64,000 nt of DNA. It comes from the human T2T-CHM13v2.0 reference genome, Homo sapiens. Shown one piece after another: positions 29,221-42,700 of the stretch. The DNA is taken from the NCBI RefSeq assembly GCF_009914755.1, contig NC_060942.1. One strand, given 5' to 3'. The notes under the pieces are model-generated. The model had not been told where the DNA came from. It did not search any database and saw only the letters and a program-made list of their open reading frames with translations. Both the position numbers and the translations under genes were made by a program. Each line of letters opens with the position of its first letter. Positions within the stretch are counted from its first letter, which is position 1.

Positions 29221-29784
29221 AAATACTCATTCTCTGCATCTTAGCACAACCCTGAAAACCCGACAGGGCAAGTCCAGCTCAGTGCCTACGTCCATGACCC
29301 AACAGAGCAGGGACAAGAGCTGTGCCTGGGACGGACCCGCAGCTGCAGCACGAGGCAGATGGCGGAAACGCAGAACCTTGCATGCCATCCCCGAACTACT
29401 GAACTGAGATCTGCATTTTAACAAGCCCCCAAACTCAACTTTCTACTCAATACGTTAGCCAGTGACACTAACCCTGCAGCCAAAATCCTAGATCAAACAT
29501 GAGGAAGTTAAACCAATGTTAGAGTATAGTACATCATACTTAAGTAAGGTTTCATTCCAAAAGTAGTTTCATGTAAACATGTCTAGTCGTGGAATTCACT
29601 CAAGTGAGAGAATTTTGGAGAAAAAAAATAGTAAAGTCTGAAAAAATTCACAAAATTGAAGACACATCCTTGATTTTTAAACGTATAAACTGGAAATCGA
29701 AGGAAAATGGATATGGACTATATTAAACGAATAAGAATTGGTAGCAGAAAACCATAGTGGGCATCCTGTTTGATAATAATATGT

Positions 29785-30760
29785 TATTTATTTATTTTTA
29801 ATTGACAGATAATTGTACATATTTATGGGATACATTGTGAAGCTTTGACGTATGTAGGCGTAGTGGAATGATGTACATATGCATGTGGAAATCAAGCTAA
29901 GGAATACGTCCATCATCTCATCTACTAATTTTTGGTAGTGAGAATGTTTAAAATCTACTGTCTTAGCATCATTAAAATGTACAATTACGTTATTATTATT
30001 AACTATGGTCACCATGCTGTGCAATAGGTTACTAAAACTTATTCTTCCTGTCTATCTGAAACTTGTTATTCTTTAGCTGATGTCTCCCCTTTTCCCACTC
30101 CACCACATACCCCCAAGAAGCTGTCATTCTGCTCTTTACTTCTATGAGTTTGATTTGTTTAGATTCCACATATACTTGTTTCTCTGTGCCTGGCTTATTT
30201 CAATTATCATAACGCCCTCTGTGTTCACCCATGTTGTCACAAATGCAGTATTTCCTTTATTAAGGCTGAATAGTGTTCCATTTTGTATATATACCAAGTT
30301 TTTTTAATCCATTCATTTGTTCACGGACACTTAGGCTGATTTTTTACCTTGGCTATGGTGAATAGTGCCAATATCTCTTAAACATACCGATTCCAATTCC
30401 TCTGAATATATACCCAGCAGTGGGACTGCTGGATTGCATGGTAGTCCTATTTTTAGTTTTTTGAGGAATCTTCATACTGTTTTCCAAAAGGGCTGTACTA
30501 ATTTACATTCCCACCAACAGTGTTCAAGGGTTCCCTTTTTTCCCCATCTTTGTCAGCACTTGTTAACTTGTGTCTTTTTGATAATAGCCATTCTAACAGG
30601 TGTGAGGTGATTTCTCCCTGTGGCTTTAATTTGCATTTCCCTCATGATTAACAACATTGAGCATTTTTTCATGTACCTGTTGGCCATTTCTATGTATTTT
30701 TTTGGAGAAATATCTCTTCAGGTCTTTTGCCCATTTTTGAATCTGGTTGTTTTTAATCCG
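29785..30760 (-). mobile_element. L1MA-type 3' end, antisense
   Basis: tttttaattgacagataattgtacatatttatggg; ggctgtactaatttacattcccaccaacagtgt; gataatagccattctaacaggtgtgaggtga. Confidence 0.92.
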
Positions 30761-30839
30761 ATTGTATGTTTTTAACCTCTTTCTCAACTCCTTAACTTCA
30801 TAAATCAGAGCTTGTTAACATAACCCCAGTCCTTTTCAG

Positions 30840-30885
30840 ATTTCTTTCAGAAGTAATATTTCTGAATATTACTTCTGAAAGAAAT
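30840..30885. repeat. Perfect 21-bp inverted repeat with a 4-nt loop
   Basis: atttctttcagaagtaatatt-tctg-aatattacttctgaaagaaat. Confidence 0.95.
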
Positions 30886-33654
30886 TTCATAATATTTTGT
30901 GTGTTATGAAAACCCAGATGCTGAGCACAAACTCCTATGTCATCAATGATTTTCTGGCGATTCACAGGGAAAGAACAGGAAGCACTAGAAGCCATTGGAG
31001 GCGCTGTGGATGCGTCCGCCAAATAAACCTGCGGGTGGTAAATGCAGATTCGTCAGGAGTGATCGCAGGAAGCCTGCCTGTAACTCTCTTCTGCTTGCGC
31101 ACATCTGCTCTTTTCACTCCTCCGTCCGTCCTCGGGTGTATGTAGCTGCTGTTGGAGAAATGCACTTTGTTTTTGTGTCATTGATAAGGACATCGCCTTT
31201 CCCTCATTTTTAGAAACTCTTTATTCTCACCTGCGGCTCTGTCAGCAAGTCCCTGCAGGAGAACTTCCTGTGTGTAGTTTGGAGACAAGGGCTGGAGAGG
31301 GCGGGAACTCAAGGCTCGATCACGTCCAAGAGCCTTCTCAATGTGGAGGACGAAGAAACTCCTGGCCTCCGTGCGCCATGCTGGCCCTCAGGACACAGCC
31401 CCCCATCCACACCTTCCTACCTGTGAGGCCCACAGGCTGCCTCCAAAAGCACCAGCACTGCTGGACCCTGTTTCTACCCCATGGAGCAGGGGCTGCCAGC
31501 ATGAATTTGTGTATGTAATAACAGTGATGTCTGTGCAAAGCGTTGAGTCAATCACTGTACTTCAATGACTAATTAAATGAGAAAAAAACGCAGTCAAACT
31601 GATTGATTGGATTCCCCAGGCATGTGTCTGAATTGACTGAATTCAGTTAAAATGGCCGCACTGATAGTTCCGCATGGACATAATCTGCCTCCAGTTTTGT
31701 TTTTCAAACCTTTGGAAACGTTTAACTTCCCAGACTGCCTCTGGAGAAGGGAGACTGGAGAGCACAGAGGGAATGTGCCCCCAATTTTGAACTGTTGTTA
31801 GCCCGTTTGTCGAAGCAGAGCATAATGGGGCGTGTACGGGAGAGGGGTAGAATATGCCTAGAGAACAATCTTCCTTCAATTTTATTATTTCGACAGAACA
31901 AGAAAATTAGGTTGACTAGGAAAATGGTTTTTAACCTTTATCCTTAGCATAAATCAAGAGGCTCATTTTTCAGTCTATTCCTATAGAATTCAATTAAAGG
32001 TCAGGTTTGTAATGGAGATCCTAATTATTAATGTGTTGCTATTTTAATTATTGATAAGTTGAAATATTTGCATAATGGATAAAGAAAATGCCGACGAACA
32101 AGTTTGGAAGCATTTGGGGAGTTTTCAAATATTTTATCAATATCCTTCTCTTGGGATTATACAGATGATTTTTTAAACACACTCACCTAAAACATTGATT
32201 TAAAGTATGATAAAGGTAAAGTTACTGCTATTACTACCCATCAGACAAACTGTTAACCACATTACATCTATCATGGTTCTGAAATATTTTTAGAAAGTGA
32301 CTTGTATAGAAATCATCAAAAAACAGTAATATATTTTTAGTACTTTACGCAAGTCTAACATTTATTTTTAAATAATAATTTAGTTCATGATTTATTGTAA
32401 CCATACCCAGTGTTTATGAACTTCATCCTGCAAAGATACTGAATCTCAGTCTGTGATTAGGGTTTGGAACAGGCAGAAGCATGCCACATACCTGAAGCTC
32501 TTAACCACATGCTATCAGAATTTGCTTTTCTATGTGCAACTTAGAAAATTCTGTTTCTGGAATAAAAAATAAAGCTCCTGCCAAAAGTGGGCAGCAAATA
32601 GATCATGGAAATGATAATGTTACCTCTAAGATAATATGAACTTCAGCTCAAAGGAAAGATGTTTCCTAGTCGTTTGCTTTTTTTTTTTTTAACGATGATA
32701 TTATGATAAAGTACAAATTTTCTTTCAAATCTAAAGTGCCATTAAAAGTTTATTATCAGTATAATTTGATTCATTTTGACTAAACTGTGTAACCTCAAAT
32801 ATTGGGAAGAATTTTCAATGTTATTTATATAAACATGTAAAAATTATTGTACCTAAGAGCCAATCAATTCCCTCTTTTAAAAAGAGAAAAGAGAGCAAGA
32901 ATTTTTCAGCCTTAAAGAAATAATTTATCCAGGGATGTTTGAGGGCAGGATTAGTGATACTGACTAAAATGAACTTTTCAATACCTAATGTGATATTTGT
33001 TAGGGCTCAGTTTAACCAATGTTAGTAATTATAAGAGACACAAAATTCACTATTAATTAGTTCATCATGAATTATTTAGGAATAGGCCTTTAAAGGAGAG
33101 CCATTTCCAAGCTTGTTTTCTATATTTGGTGTGGATCTCATTCCTATACTTCTTTACATTAATTTCTTTTCACCTGGTGAAATTATCTTTTATTGTTTTC
33201 CATAGCTATTAGATTAAAGTGTTTTGTTCTCATGATTAATATCAAACCATAAGTTTTTTTGTTAGGGGAGGGATAGAATTCACTGTTTATATGGAAGATA
33301 CTGTGTTTTGAAATAGATTTTTTTTAATTCTAAAAGCTCCTAGTTTAAAATATCATTTTTTTCTGATGAAAACAGAGTACACGGTTTCAAATTAAAGAAT
33401 TGTCAGCAAAGCCTTACCTTTCAAAATACGACTGCATTAAGGAAATAGCAGTTAGTACAATTAACTCATAACTCAATGCTGAAGAATATCTTTCCTTAGA
33501 GATTTTTCTTTCTTGAGAATAAACTTAACTAAGTGAAAAGTAGTCTCATGTATAGATATATGAAGGGGATATCTGTTTGATTTGGTTTTGCTCACATGGT
33601 TTAAAATTTACATGACCTATTTATGGCAATTTACCCTAATAGGTTCATTTATTA

Positions 33655-33850
33655 ATTTACTTATTCACACATTTACTGAGCACCTGCCTTATATCTGGTT
33701 TTATTTTTAAGAAGACACCTGGCAACCAAGACACAGGAAATGACAGCAGCCAGGTCAGATGATGCTGTTTCCTATTCCAAAGGGAGAATACATCACAAGG
33801 GGATGAGGAGATCATAATGACGAGAGTGTGCTGGAAAGGAAAATAAGAGA
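33655..33850 (-). mobile_element. L2 fragment
   Basis: ttattcacacatttactgagcacctgc resembles the antisense L2 3' terminus. Confidence 0.55.
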
Positions 33851-35734
33851 CAACCTTTTCTAATTAGAATTCCTATGGATGGAAATCATGTAATTGTTTA
33901 TTTATTTATTGGAAGAGCTCACTTAGACTTATTTAGGTAGATTTTAAAATAATGTGCTTTGCTCAGGCCTCCATATATAGGAAAATATAAGTGAAATGAG
34001 TTAACATGTCCGTAAAGATTCTTCACCTGCTGACTGAGAGGAGCCCTTGTGCTCAGAGTCAGGAGGGCTTTCTCTGTGCAAGTGCTCTCACTGCCCCCGT
34101 GTGCATCGCCCTGCCAGCATTTCTGTAAGAAGTGCTCCAACGTCATCTCCTAACATCGTTTCAAAAGTCACTGGTGTTTCTACACTCCTCTGTTTAAAAA
34201 TATAAAGAGTCTTTATTTCAAGCAGTCAACTTCAAATGATTAGAAAACAATCAAGGGATCAAATCATCTCAAAGCAACAGCCTTTTTGTTGAGTTATTTC
34301 TTAATGAAGTTTTCACCATGTTTTAAGATGAAACTTCCCATATATCACAAATAAGCAACAGCAAGCCCTCTACATTCCATGATGAGTCCCCTTTTAATGG
34401 AGTTCAATTTGGTCTACTTACTGTTTCTTAGTCACAATAACAAAAATGCAAAATAGAGAGCTTGTGTAATGCATATCTTTTATGATTGTAAGCATGCCAT
34501 TAGCTCTGGAAAAACACACTGGCTCAAAACCGTGAAAGAGATTGGGTTCTGTGGTTTGCACAACCACAGACCGCAGGTGTCCTTAAAGGCTGAGGTCTGT
34601 GTCGAGGTCAAGGTCAGGATGCCAGACAATCATTTAGGAGGGAGAAAAATTCTTCTTTAAGGAGAAGGGTTTATTGAGAGTGGTTCTTGGTGGGTTTAAT
34701 AGCAGCCATAAAACTCAACACATTCAATTTAGTGTTGTTTTGAGGAAATGAGAAAACGATATGAAAAACACAAAACCAGAAGGCTTAGAGTCGCACGTGA
34801 CAAAACAGTTTTACCGATTGTATGAATCAATTTTAAAACATTTACTTCCATTCTAAAAGTCAACCTCAAAGAATAAAGACTTGAAAGAAGTGCTGTCAAT
34901 GTCTTTGAAACTGTTATCTATTCTACTAGAGTGGGCAATACAATGAAGCTCTTTCAATTCTAAAATACAGTTAGGGTGGAGTTGGGGCTTGTCTTATAAT
35001 CCAGGGACACCTGTCAGTAACGTGATGTGCTCCCTTACACTCAACTGTTACTTAAGTTCCAGGAAACGCAAGAATTGCAGACAGCATTGTTGACATGTGG
35101 GCCAGTGACATTGCCACTCCTACGCACTCTGTCTCAGTTGTCAGGCTTCTACTGAAATAATTGATTGCGTAACTTTTGTCCATTCCCAGAACGTGGGCTC
35201 CATCAGGGCCGCTCTCATGCCTGTCTCTGTGACCCCTTGATCTCCAGTGCTGAGATCACAGTCGGTCTCTCTCTGTTTTTATTGGTTAAGTGAATACCAT
35301 AGTTGTGAGAAGCATTATAAGCAGTTTGTTTGCATCACTGTGATGGTCCCTCACTTATTTTCCATCGGTTCCTGTGAGAGTTTGTTGGGTATCCACTCAA
35401 TCTAGTTGATGTTTTTACACAGGAGAAAACAAAGTCATTTGTTTTGTTGAAAAACATTTGCAGGTACAGGAAATTAACTTGGTTTCCTAATGAGGAAGGA
35501 CCGCTGGACCCCTTGGCCTGGAAGGCAGGCTGCCATTCCTCCTTTGATGGGCCTTCTCTCCACCTTCCTGAGCCCTTTCTGTGTCCCTTTCTCTTTCCTT
35601 TCCTTTCCTTCTGCTTCCTCTTTTGTCTTCTCAAAGGCAACATGAGTTGCTTCTCTCTTCTCTCACCCTGGGTCTCCCCAGTCTTGAGTCATCTGGAAGG
35701 TCCTGTGTCATTGTTCTAAACTCTCTCTCTTTTC

Positions 35735-35902
35735 TGCTATGAAGGATGCTATCTAGATGAGTTACAAAGTTTCTGTAAATTCTAAAATTTTATGCGGTCA
35801 TATATGAAATTTAGAATTTTAGAATTCAGTCATATATGACTGCATACAATTTTAGAATTTACAGAAACTTTGTGAATAATCTAGATGGCATCCTTCACAG
35901 CA
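35735..35902. repeat. Long inverted repeat, 73-bp arms with a 22-nt spacer
   Basis: 35735-35807 versus the reverse complement of 35830-35902: 7 mismatches by manual alignment. Confidence 0.95.
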
Positions 35903-37513
35903 AAACAATAACCCAGGACCTCCCAGATGACGGTGTGTTCCGGAGCGATGCACAGAGCTTCTGCCGGTGTCTCCTGGTGATGAGGAAGATTTACCTGGGG
36001 ATGAAGACAAATGGTGAATTAAACCAATTGTCTTTAATAATAAAATGTGTGAGGAAAAATACTGTCTAATTTAGGAGGTCTAATTTATAAGATAGTTTTA
36101 AAAATAGCTGACTGTGAAGCAACACTAACAGTTATTTGGTGTCTTTTCAACATTAATAAATACATGACAATTAACTAATTTAAGCATTTTTATTCATTCT
36201 GCCTCTAAACACTTTAGAGTTTCTGAAAACAAAGCATTTTCTTCTGTGTTAAAATGTCATAACATATGCAGTTTTAAATACTAACAGGATTATATATGAG
36301 TATCAGATTTGCAAAACTGAGGACAACTTTGAAATGAGATTCCAAATGAATTGTGTTAGGTTTTGATATGGAAATGTGTTCTACAATTCATCACATCCTA
36401 GTACAGGTGTGTGCCCTGTGTAATATACATGGAAACGGGGCAGGCCCTCCTCTGTGTGTGTCTGTGTGTACAAATGCTTTCTTTCCCTGAATTCTCACAC
36501 AAAACAACTTCAGCCAGCATATGCCAATGGGAAGGCTTAGTCTATGGCTGATTTGGAAAAGTGGCCAAGCTACTTAACCTCTAGGTTCTCACTTGTAAAG
36601 CTTCCCCTGGTCCTGCTGAGAGTATAAATGAGAAGTTGTGATTCACAGAGGGCGTTCCCTGGAAGATAAGCATTGATTCAAGATATTTTGTTTAGTGTGA
36701 AGCATAACACCCATTTCTGACCCCCTGGAGAATTGCTTTTAAAACAAAAAAGAAGACATATACTTGCATATTCCTTGAAGAGCATATACAATGAATAAAG
36801 TAGAATTGAGGTAACATTCATGCTTAGGAAGCATCTAAATAGTCTAGAAAACAATCTTTTATAAAAGAAGATTAATGTCATTTCATCAGTGTCATGACAA
36901 TTGATGTGTAGGACAAAAATTAGAATATTGTCAAAGATTTTTAGCCACTGGAATCACTAAGAATGTGTACAACTGGGTTCAGAATACTTGAAAATTTTCT
37001 CTGCTTTGTGGACATATACTCGTCACAATAGAGCCAATGAAACACTTCGAAATTAATAAAATTTGGAAAAAAGGAATGAATTTGCAATGATGGAGAAAAT
37101 GTATATTTATTGCATTGCAGCATATTTAGTAAATTCATTATTTCTTCCTTTGACTATTCTCCATTTAATTAACTGATTAAAATCAAAGTGGATTTTAAAT
37201 ATAAATATTGATTTTTAAGTGGAAAATAATATGATTTCATCTTTGAAAAGTAGACAGACATTAAGATCAGTCTCAAACTTTTTCAATACCAGAAAAAAAG
37301 AGTATGAACCCTTCATATAACTATTGTACATTTTCATAATTTACTTAAGCAATGACACTGTTTCCTAAGGAAATATTACTGTAAAGAGGGAAAATAAAAA
37401 ATAAAAAGTGGGAAAAAAACTGTGTTCTGAATCATTCATTATGTGAAATCATCACACATTCCTCCTTATGTGAGGAAATGTGTTTAGAATTTCAACATGT
37501 AATAATATAAAAG

Positions 37514-37760
37514 CGGAGGGTGAGGTGGGAGGACTACTTGTGCCCAGGAGTTCAAGACCAGTCTAGGCAACATAGTGGGACCCATTCTCTACAAAAAACT
37601 TAAAAACTAGCTGGGCGAGGTTATGCACCTGTGGTGCCAGCTACTTAGGAGGCTGCGGCGGGAGGATCGCTTGAGTTGGGGAATTGAGGCTGCACTAAGC
37701 AGTGACCATACCACTCTAGCCTCAGCAACAGAGCAAGACTCTGTCTCAATAATAATAATA
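37514..37760 (+). mobile_element. 5'-truncated AluJ
   Basis: gtgcccaggagttcaagaccagtctaggcaacatag; ggaggatcgcttgag; (AAT)n tail; aataatataaa on both flanks. Confidence 0.9.
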
Positions 37761-37943
37761 TAAATCTACATTATATGAAGTAGTTAAATATATCTTCTTA
37801 AAGTATTTATAAAATTAATTAACTATGGAATATGTTGTGAAAATTTAAGGAATTTTGAAGTCTTTTGTTGCTTGAAGCTAGACGGAAATGAGAATACTTG
37901 TGAAACCATCCTCAACCCCATAAAAATGAAAATAAAGTATTAT

Positions 37944-39702
37944 TTAGCTGGTGAAAGAATCTTTTTTCCATATTTAGGTAACGTTTTATTCAAAAGAGGA
38001 TGTTTGATTTGGACTTATTAATATTATATTGTTATAAAAGGACATTGTTTTCAATCCATAAGCTGAAAAAAAATTAACAACAAAAAAATTTACACCTATC
38101 CTCAAAACAACTAAAACAGCCAGTCACAAATGGCTTCCATTTTGAGCAGCAAATTTTGCAAATTAGTTTGTTTGAATATCGCTTACCACTGAATGAAGAA
38201 AAATTATTTGTAGATAACAGCATCTTGGGAAGGGTTAAGAAACAAATTATAATTAATTTTTTTCTGTTTCTACATATAAACCAATTTTTAAATATATAGT
38301 TTAAACTGAAAGAGAAAAAACACAGTATCTTATTTGGATCAAGAACTTCCTCATTTTATTTCATTTTCTGGGAAACATAATAAGCTCCTAATTCTTAATA
38401 AAATGAGATAAGATAAAATACAATCAGAAGAATATTTTTTAAAAGGCAATTACTTTCATTGTGTTGTTGATTACTTGATAATTGTATAAAACACATGAAC
38501 AAGTAACTTACAAGGTGATTTCTTTCCTGTTAATTATGATATTGTGGGTTAACCTAAAAACTGAAAAGTTTTAAGCACGTATTTCGGTGTAAGTTAAGGG
38601 TATCAAATTACCCTTTAGTTTAGGAAGGAGTCATCCAAGTGTCCTAAAGGAACAGAAATTGAAGGAAGAAGATCTGCATTTCCAAGAATAGAAACGATTT
38701 CTGAAGAATGGAAAGATACCAACATGGTACCCAGCCATAAGGAAAGACCTCCATAATTACAGATCACGGAGCCAGGAAACTGACAGAGTATAATTAAGGA
38801 CAGAATAATCTAACACTTGTATAAAGTACAAATTAATAGGACCATGTCTCCAAAACACAGCTAAGATTGAAAACCCCAGAGAAGGTCAGTGGAGACAGTT
38901 ATAGAAATTTCCAAGGAGAAGTTTCATTTAACTTGAAAACAACCCATGGAGACTGGTGAAAAGATTAAAATTTGCATTTTATTAAATGGAAATTGTCAAA
39001 TCACTCCCCAATCAATGAACAAAAACCAAATCAAAATACCAAACCTTTAATGTTAGTATTATCTAACATTATTCTATATTTAAATAATGTGCATTTAAAT
39101 ATAGAATAATGTTATTTCATGCACTTGCTTATAGAGTTACATGGAAAAGTACCTGTAATACTAGAAATCCCTCATGATGAAAGATGAAAGCAGCTCTTTG
39201 TTATAAGGACGATATTATCAACAAATTTTCGTAACGTCACAATTTCAGTATAACAAATTTAGGACATGAATCATATAAATGAAATCCTTTATATGACAGG
39301 TGTCTGGCCACTGTGTTCTTACAGTAGTTCCTGAATCTGACCTATAGATCTTGACATAGATTTAACCTGATTGATGAGATCAGGCACTCATCAGATCCTG
39401 CCAAACTAATCAGACAAGAAGCCATTCAGATCACATTAAAGTTTCTGTTTTTCTCAGACCTAGAAGATATGTTATTTAAAATAATTTTTACTTAGCTGGT
39501 AAAAGAATCTATTTGTTCATATTTAGGTAATGTTTTATTCAAAATAGTATTTTTGATTTGGACTTATGAATATTGGATTGTTATAAAAGGGAAATTGTTT
39601 TCCGTCCATAAGCTGTAAAAAAGATAACAAAAAAAGAATTCTGCCTATTCTTAAGACAACTAAAAAAGCCCATCACAAATGGCTTCCATTTCGAGCAGTA
39701 AA
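37944..39702 (+). repeat. Dispersed direct duplication of about 210 bp (37944-38153 and 39492-39702)
   Basis: Both copies read ttagctggt.aaagaatct...catatttaggtaa.gttttattcaaaa...cacaaatggcttccattt.gagcag. Confidence 0.92.
39064..39114. repeat. Perfect 22-bp AT-rich inverted repeat with a 7-nt loop
   Basis: taacattattctatatttaaat-aatgtgc-atttaaatatagaataatgtta. Confidence 0.95.
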
Positions 39703-42700
39703 AGTATTAATATAATGGTTTTACTGATGGAAAATGTCAAAGAAAATAGTTTGTGGTAGTATCCTGTATCCTTGAATGAAGGGTGTTCTTTTATGGTACT
39801 AAAATTTCATTATCATTATATAGCTGACATTGGACCTTCTTCAAATCATTTGAGAAATGACTGGTGAAGCTATCATAGGACTTGGCATGTCTTCCAATTC
39901 ATCAAGGTATCAGACAAACCCCTCAAACCTTAGACAGGAATGTTTAGGATATCATGGGAGTCTTTTGTTGTGTGCTACACCCTTGATTATATCTTCTGTA
40001 AACATGGCCTGGATTGTTTTCATCAAAATTATTAAAAGGATAGTGTGAGGGTGAGAATGCTTTATCTCCAAGGAAATATGACTCAAGTAAATTTTAAGTG
40101 GAAAATAATATGATTTCATCTTTGAAAAGTAGACAAGAGTAGTTTTAGAGAAAACTAGAGAAGAGAGTTGCAGAATCTTTAAAGTGACCCAAATTCTGAA
40201 GCTGATCTCAGTGTTGTTTGGGGAAAACACTGAGTAACATGAACCTAAACCAAACAAATGAAAACTCAAGTAATGATAATAACTTATATTTAGTTGAAAT
40301 CATCATTTATACCAATGAAAATCTGAAAAACTTGAAAAGCTTCTTTCCAAATCCCCTTGTTCACCTCATTAGCTGTGTAAAGATACATATGATGCCTGTC
40401 TCAACTTGTAAAATCCAGATTATCTACCTCAATTAAATACAGAGTCTCCCGGTTAGTACTGATATTAGACCGAAGTGCCACTCCGCCTGCAAGCACAGTG
40501 AAGCCCTTTCCTTGGAAATCCGGAAGGCTCTCCATGTGACTTTCACGAGAGATCCCCAACAAATTCTAGAACAGTTCACAGAAGCATACTGAGCACTGGC
40601 CACAAGCCATGTCTTTCCTCCAAGCATCTGTGAAACACGTATGTAAATAAACAGGGCAGAGTAAAATGCACAGAGTAAGTCATTTTACAGGCAGTGAAAG
40701 GAGGATTGGGTGGCTTAAAGTGTTTAATTAAAAAAAACCTTTAAATTCTTACTTAGGAAGAGAACACAATGAATATACTTAAATAACAATGCAAAAGTCT
40801 TAGGTTGGAATATGTATAAGACATTGAGAGTTAGATATCCGAGTGGTTTATTAAAATATATTCTGGAATCTTCTTTAGTGTTTAAAACAACTTCACCATA
40901 TTGAGCTGTGATGGTTTAGCTATGGTCCTATCAAAGCAAAGGGCTGGAATCAAAATATATTTTCTTGTTATGCTGTGATGTAAATATTTTGCATATATAA
41001 AGGTCTTTGAGTTTGCCACGTGGTAGAAAATCAGGTGTTGCCTTCCCTCTCATCCACCCATCAAGACCCTGATATCAGACATGATACTGGCACTGACACG
41101 GATGATGCTGTCTGTCTCTCTCTCTCTTGTGGGTGTGTGTGTGTGATAGAGGAGGCATTTCATTGAGTAAACAATGTAACAATTATATGGAAATTAGTGC
41201 CGTGAGTTCTAATTTGGGGATCTGCAGTCTACTTACTTCCTAGTGTGATGAGTCACATCAACTCTGGAATAATTTTGCAAAGTATTAAATGCATGAATGA
41301 TGGCACACTGCTACCTCACAGTGTCATTCTAAAATAAAATTAGTCAAATTGACTCATTGTAAAGACTTGAGAGCCGTGATTATGTTGACTGATAAAGCAA
41401 CACAATTATGATGACGGTAAAAATACAGAATCACTTCCAAAGAGCTGATAGGAGAAAGAATCAGTAGAAACTTATAAAAATGGTTACGATTGAAGAGACA
41501 TTACACAATGGGTGTAATAAATGTTGAAAATCATGAGGCTGTGCACAACAGTTTTATTCCATGAGTGGCTCCGGAATTTCAGCAAGCGCTATTAAAGGAA
41601 CAGATGAACTCGCCCCCAATTACCAAATTGACCATAAATGAAGCATTTGGCAGGAGGGCGAGTCCTGAGAGAGAAACATTTCAATGCTGATGCTTAACTG
41701 TCAAAGAGTTAAGTCACTTTAAATTGCACACATCAAGATGAACTATTCTATTTGGAGAGCTATTTTTTTTCCTTTGCTTGTAACGCAAGAAATGATCCTG
41801 TGTCCTGGAGGAAAGATGATGTTGATGCCAACATAGAGGCTCACTGCTATCGGGTTGCACCTGCTCATCAGACTGAAATATTCAAGTGCAAGAGTTCCAC
41901 TGATATATACATCTCAGGAAAAAGATGATTAAGGTCATAGAAGTTATAACAAATATTCTTTCTTGACCCTAACCCTGAGATATTATAGGTGAGAAACAAT
42001 GATTTCTCAAGAGTAAACATATTTCCTCAGAGCCGTCCAATAGTTACAAGTCTGAACCTTCCAGGGACCTGTTTTTAAACATGCTCACATTCTCAGGCAA
42101 CTTGGATACTTGGTCTCTCCAACTTTATTGGGAAAGATCCATTGTTGGGAGGCACAACAAAGCGTTTCTTCAGTGGGACATCATTCTACGGCCTGGACAG
42201 TTACCATCAAGGCCCTATGGACCACATGGAACAGGAAGTGATGGGAGAAGCATTTAGGAGCCACCTCTCAGAGGATGAGTGGTTGGAAATATTGTCCTCT
42301 GACTTGGCTTTGCAAGAAAACAGAATCTTTCAATAACCATATCACAAAAATTATCCCACACAAGATTAAACAATTCTGAAGAGCAAAGGAATTTTCAATG
42401 AAATGTCATTTAGGTCTAAAGGAGCACCTATGCTTTTACTATGGAAGGAGAGAATTAGTTAATTGTATTGTTGCTTCTGGATTTAAGGTGAAAGGTGAAG
42501 TTAAAAGTTTGGAGTATTTTGGCAAGACAAACATATCTAAGAAATCGTATTTTTCTCTTAAAGGCATAAGCAAATGCTTTGCTACAATAACAAGGATAGT
42601 AAGTATTTTTTAAACGAAGTGAACTATATAATATTAATATCATAGAAGTAGAAATTAGATATGAATAGAAATTGAGATATTTTATCCCAAGGCTCACATA

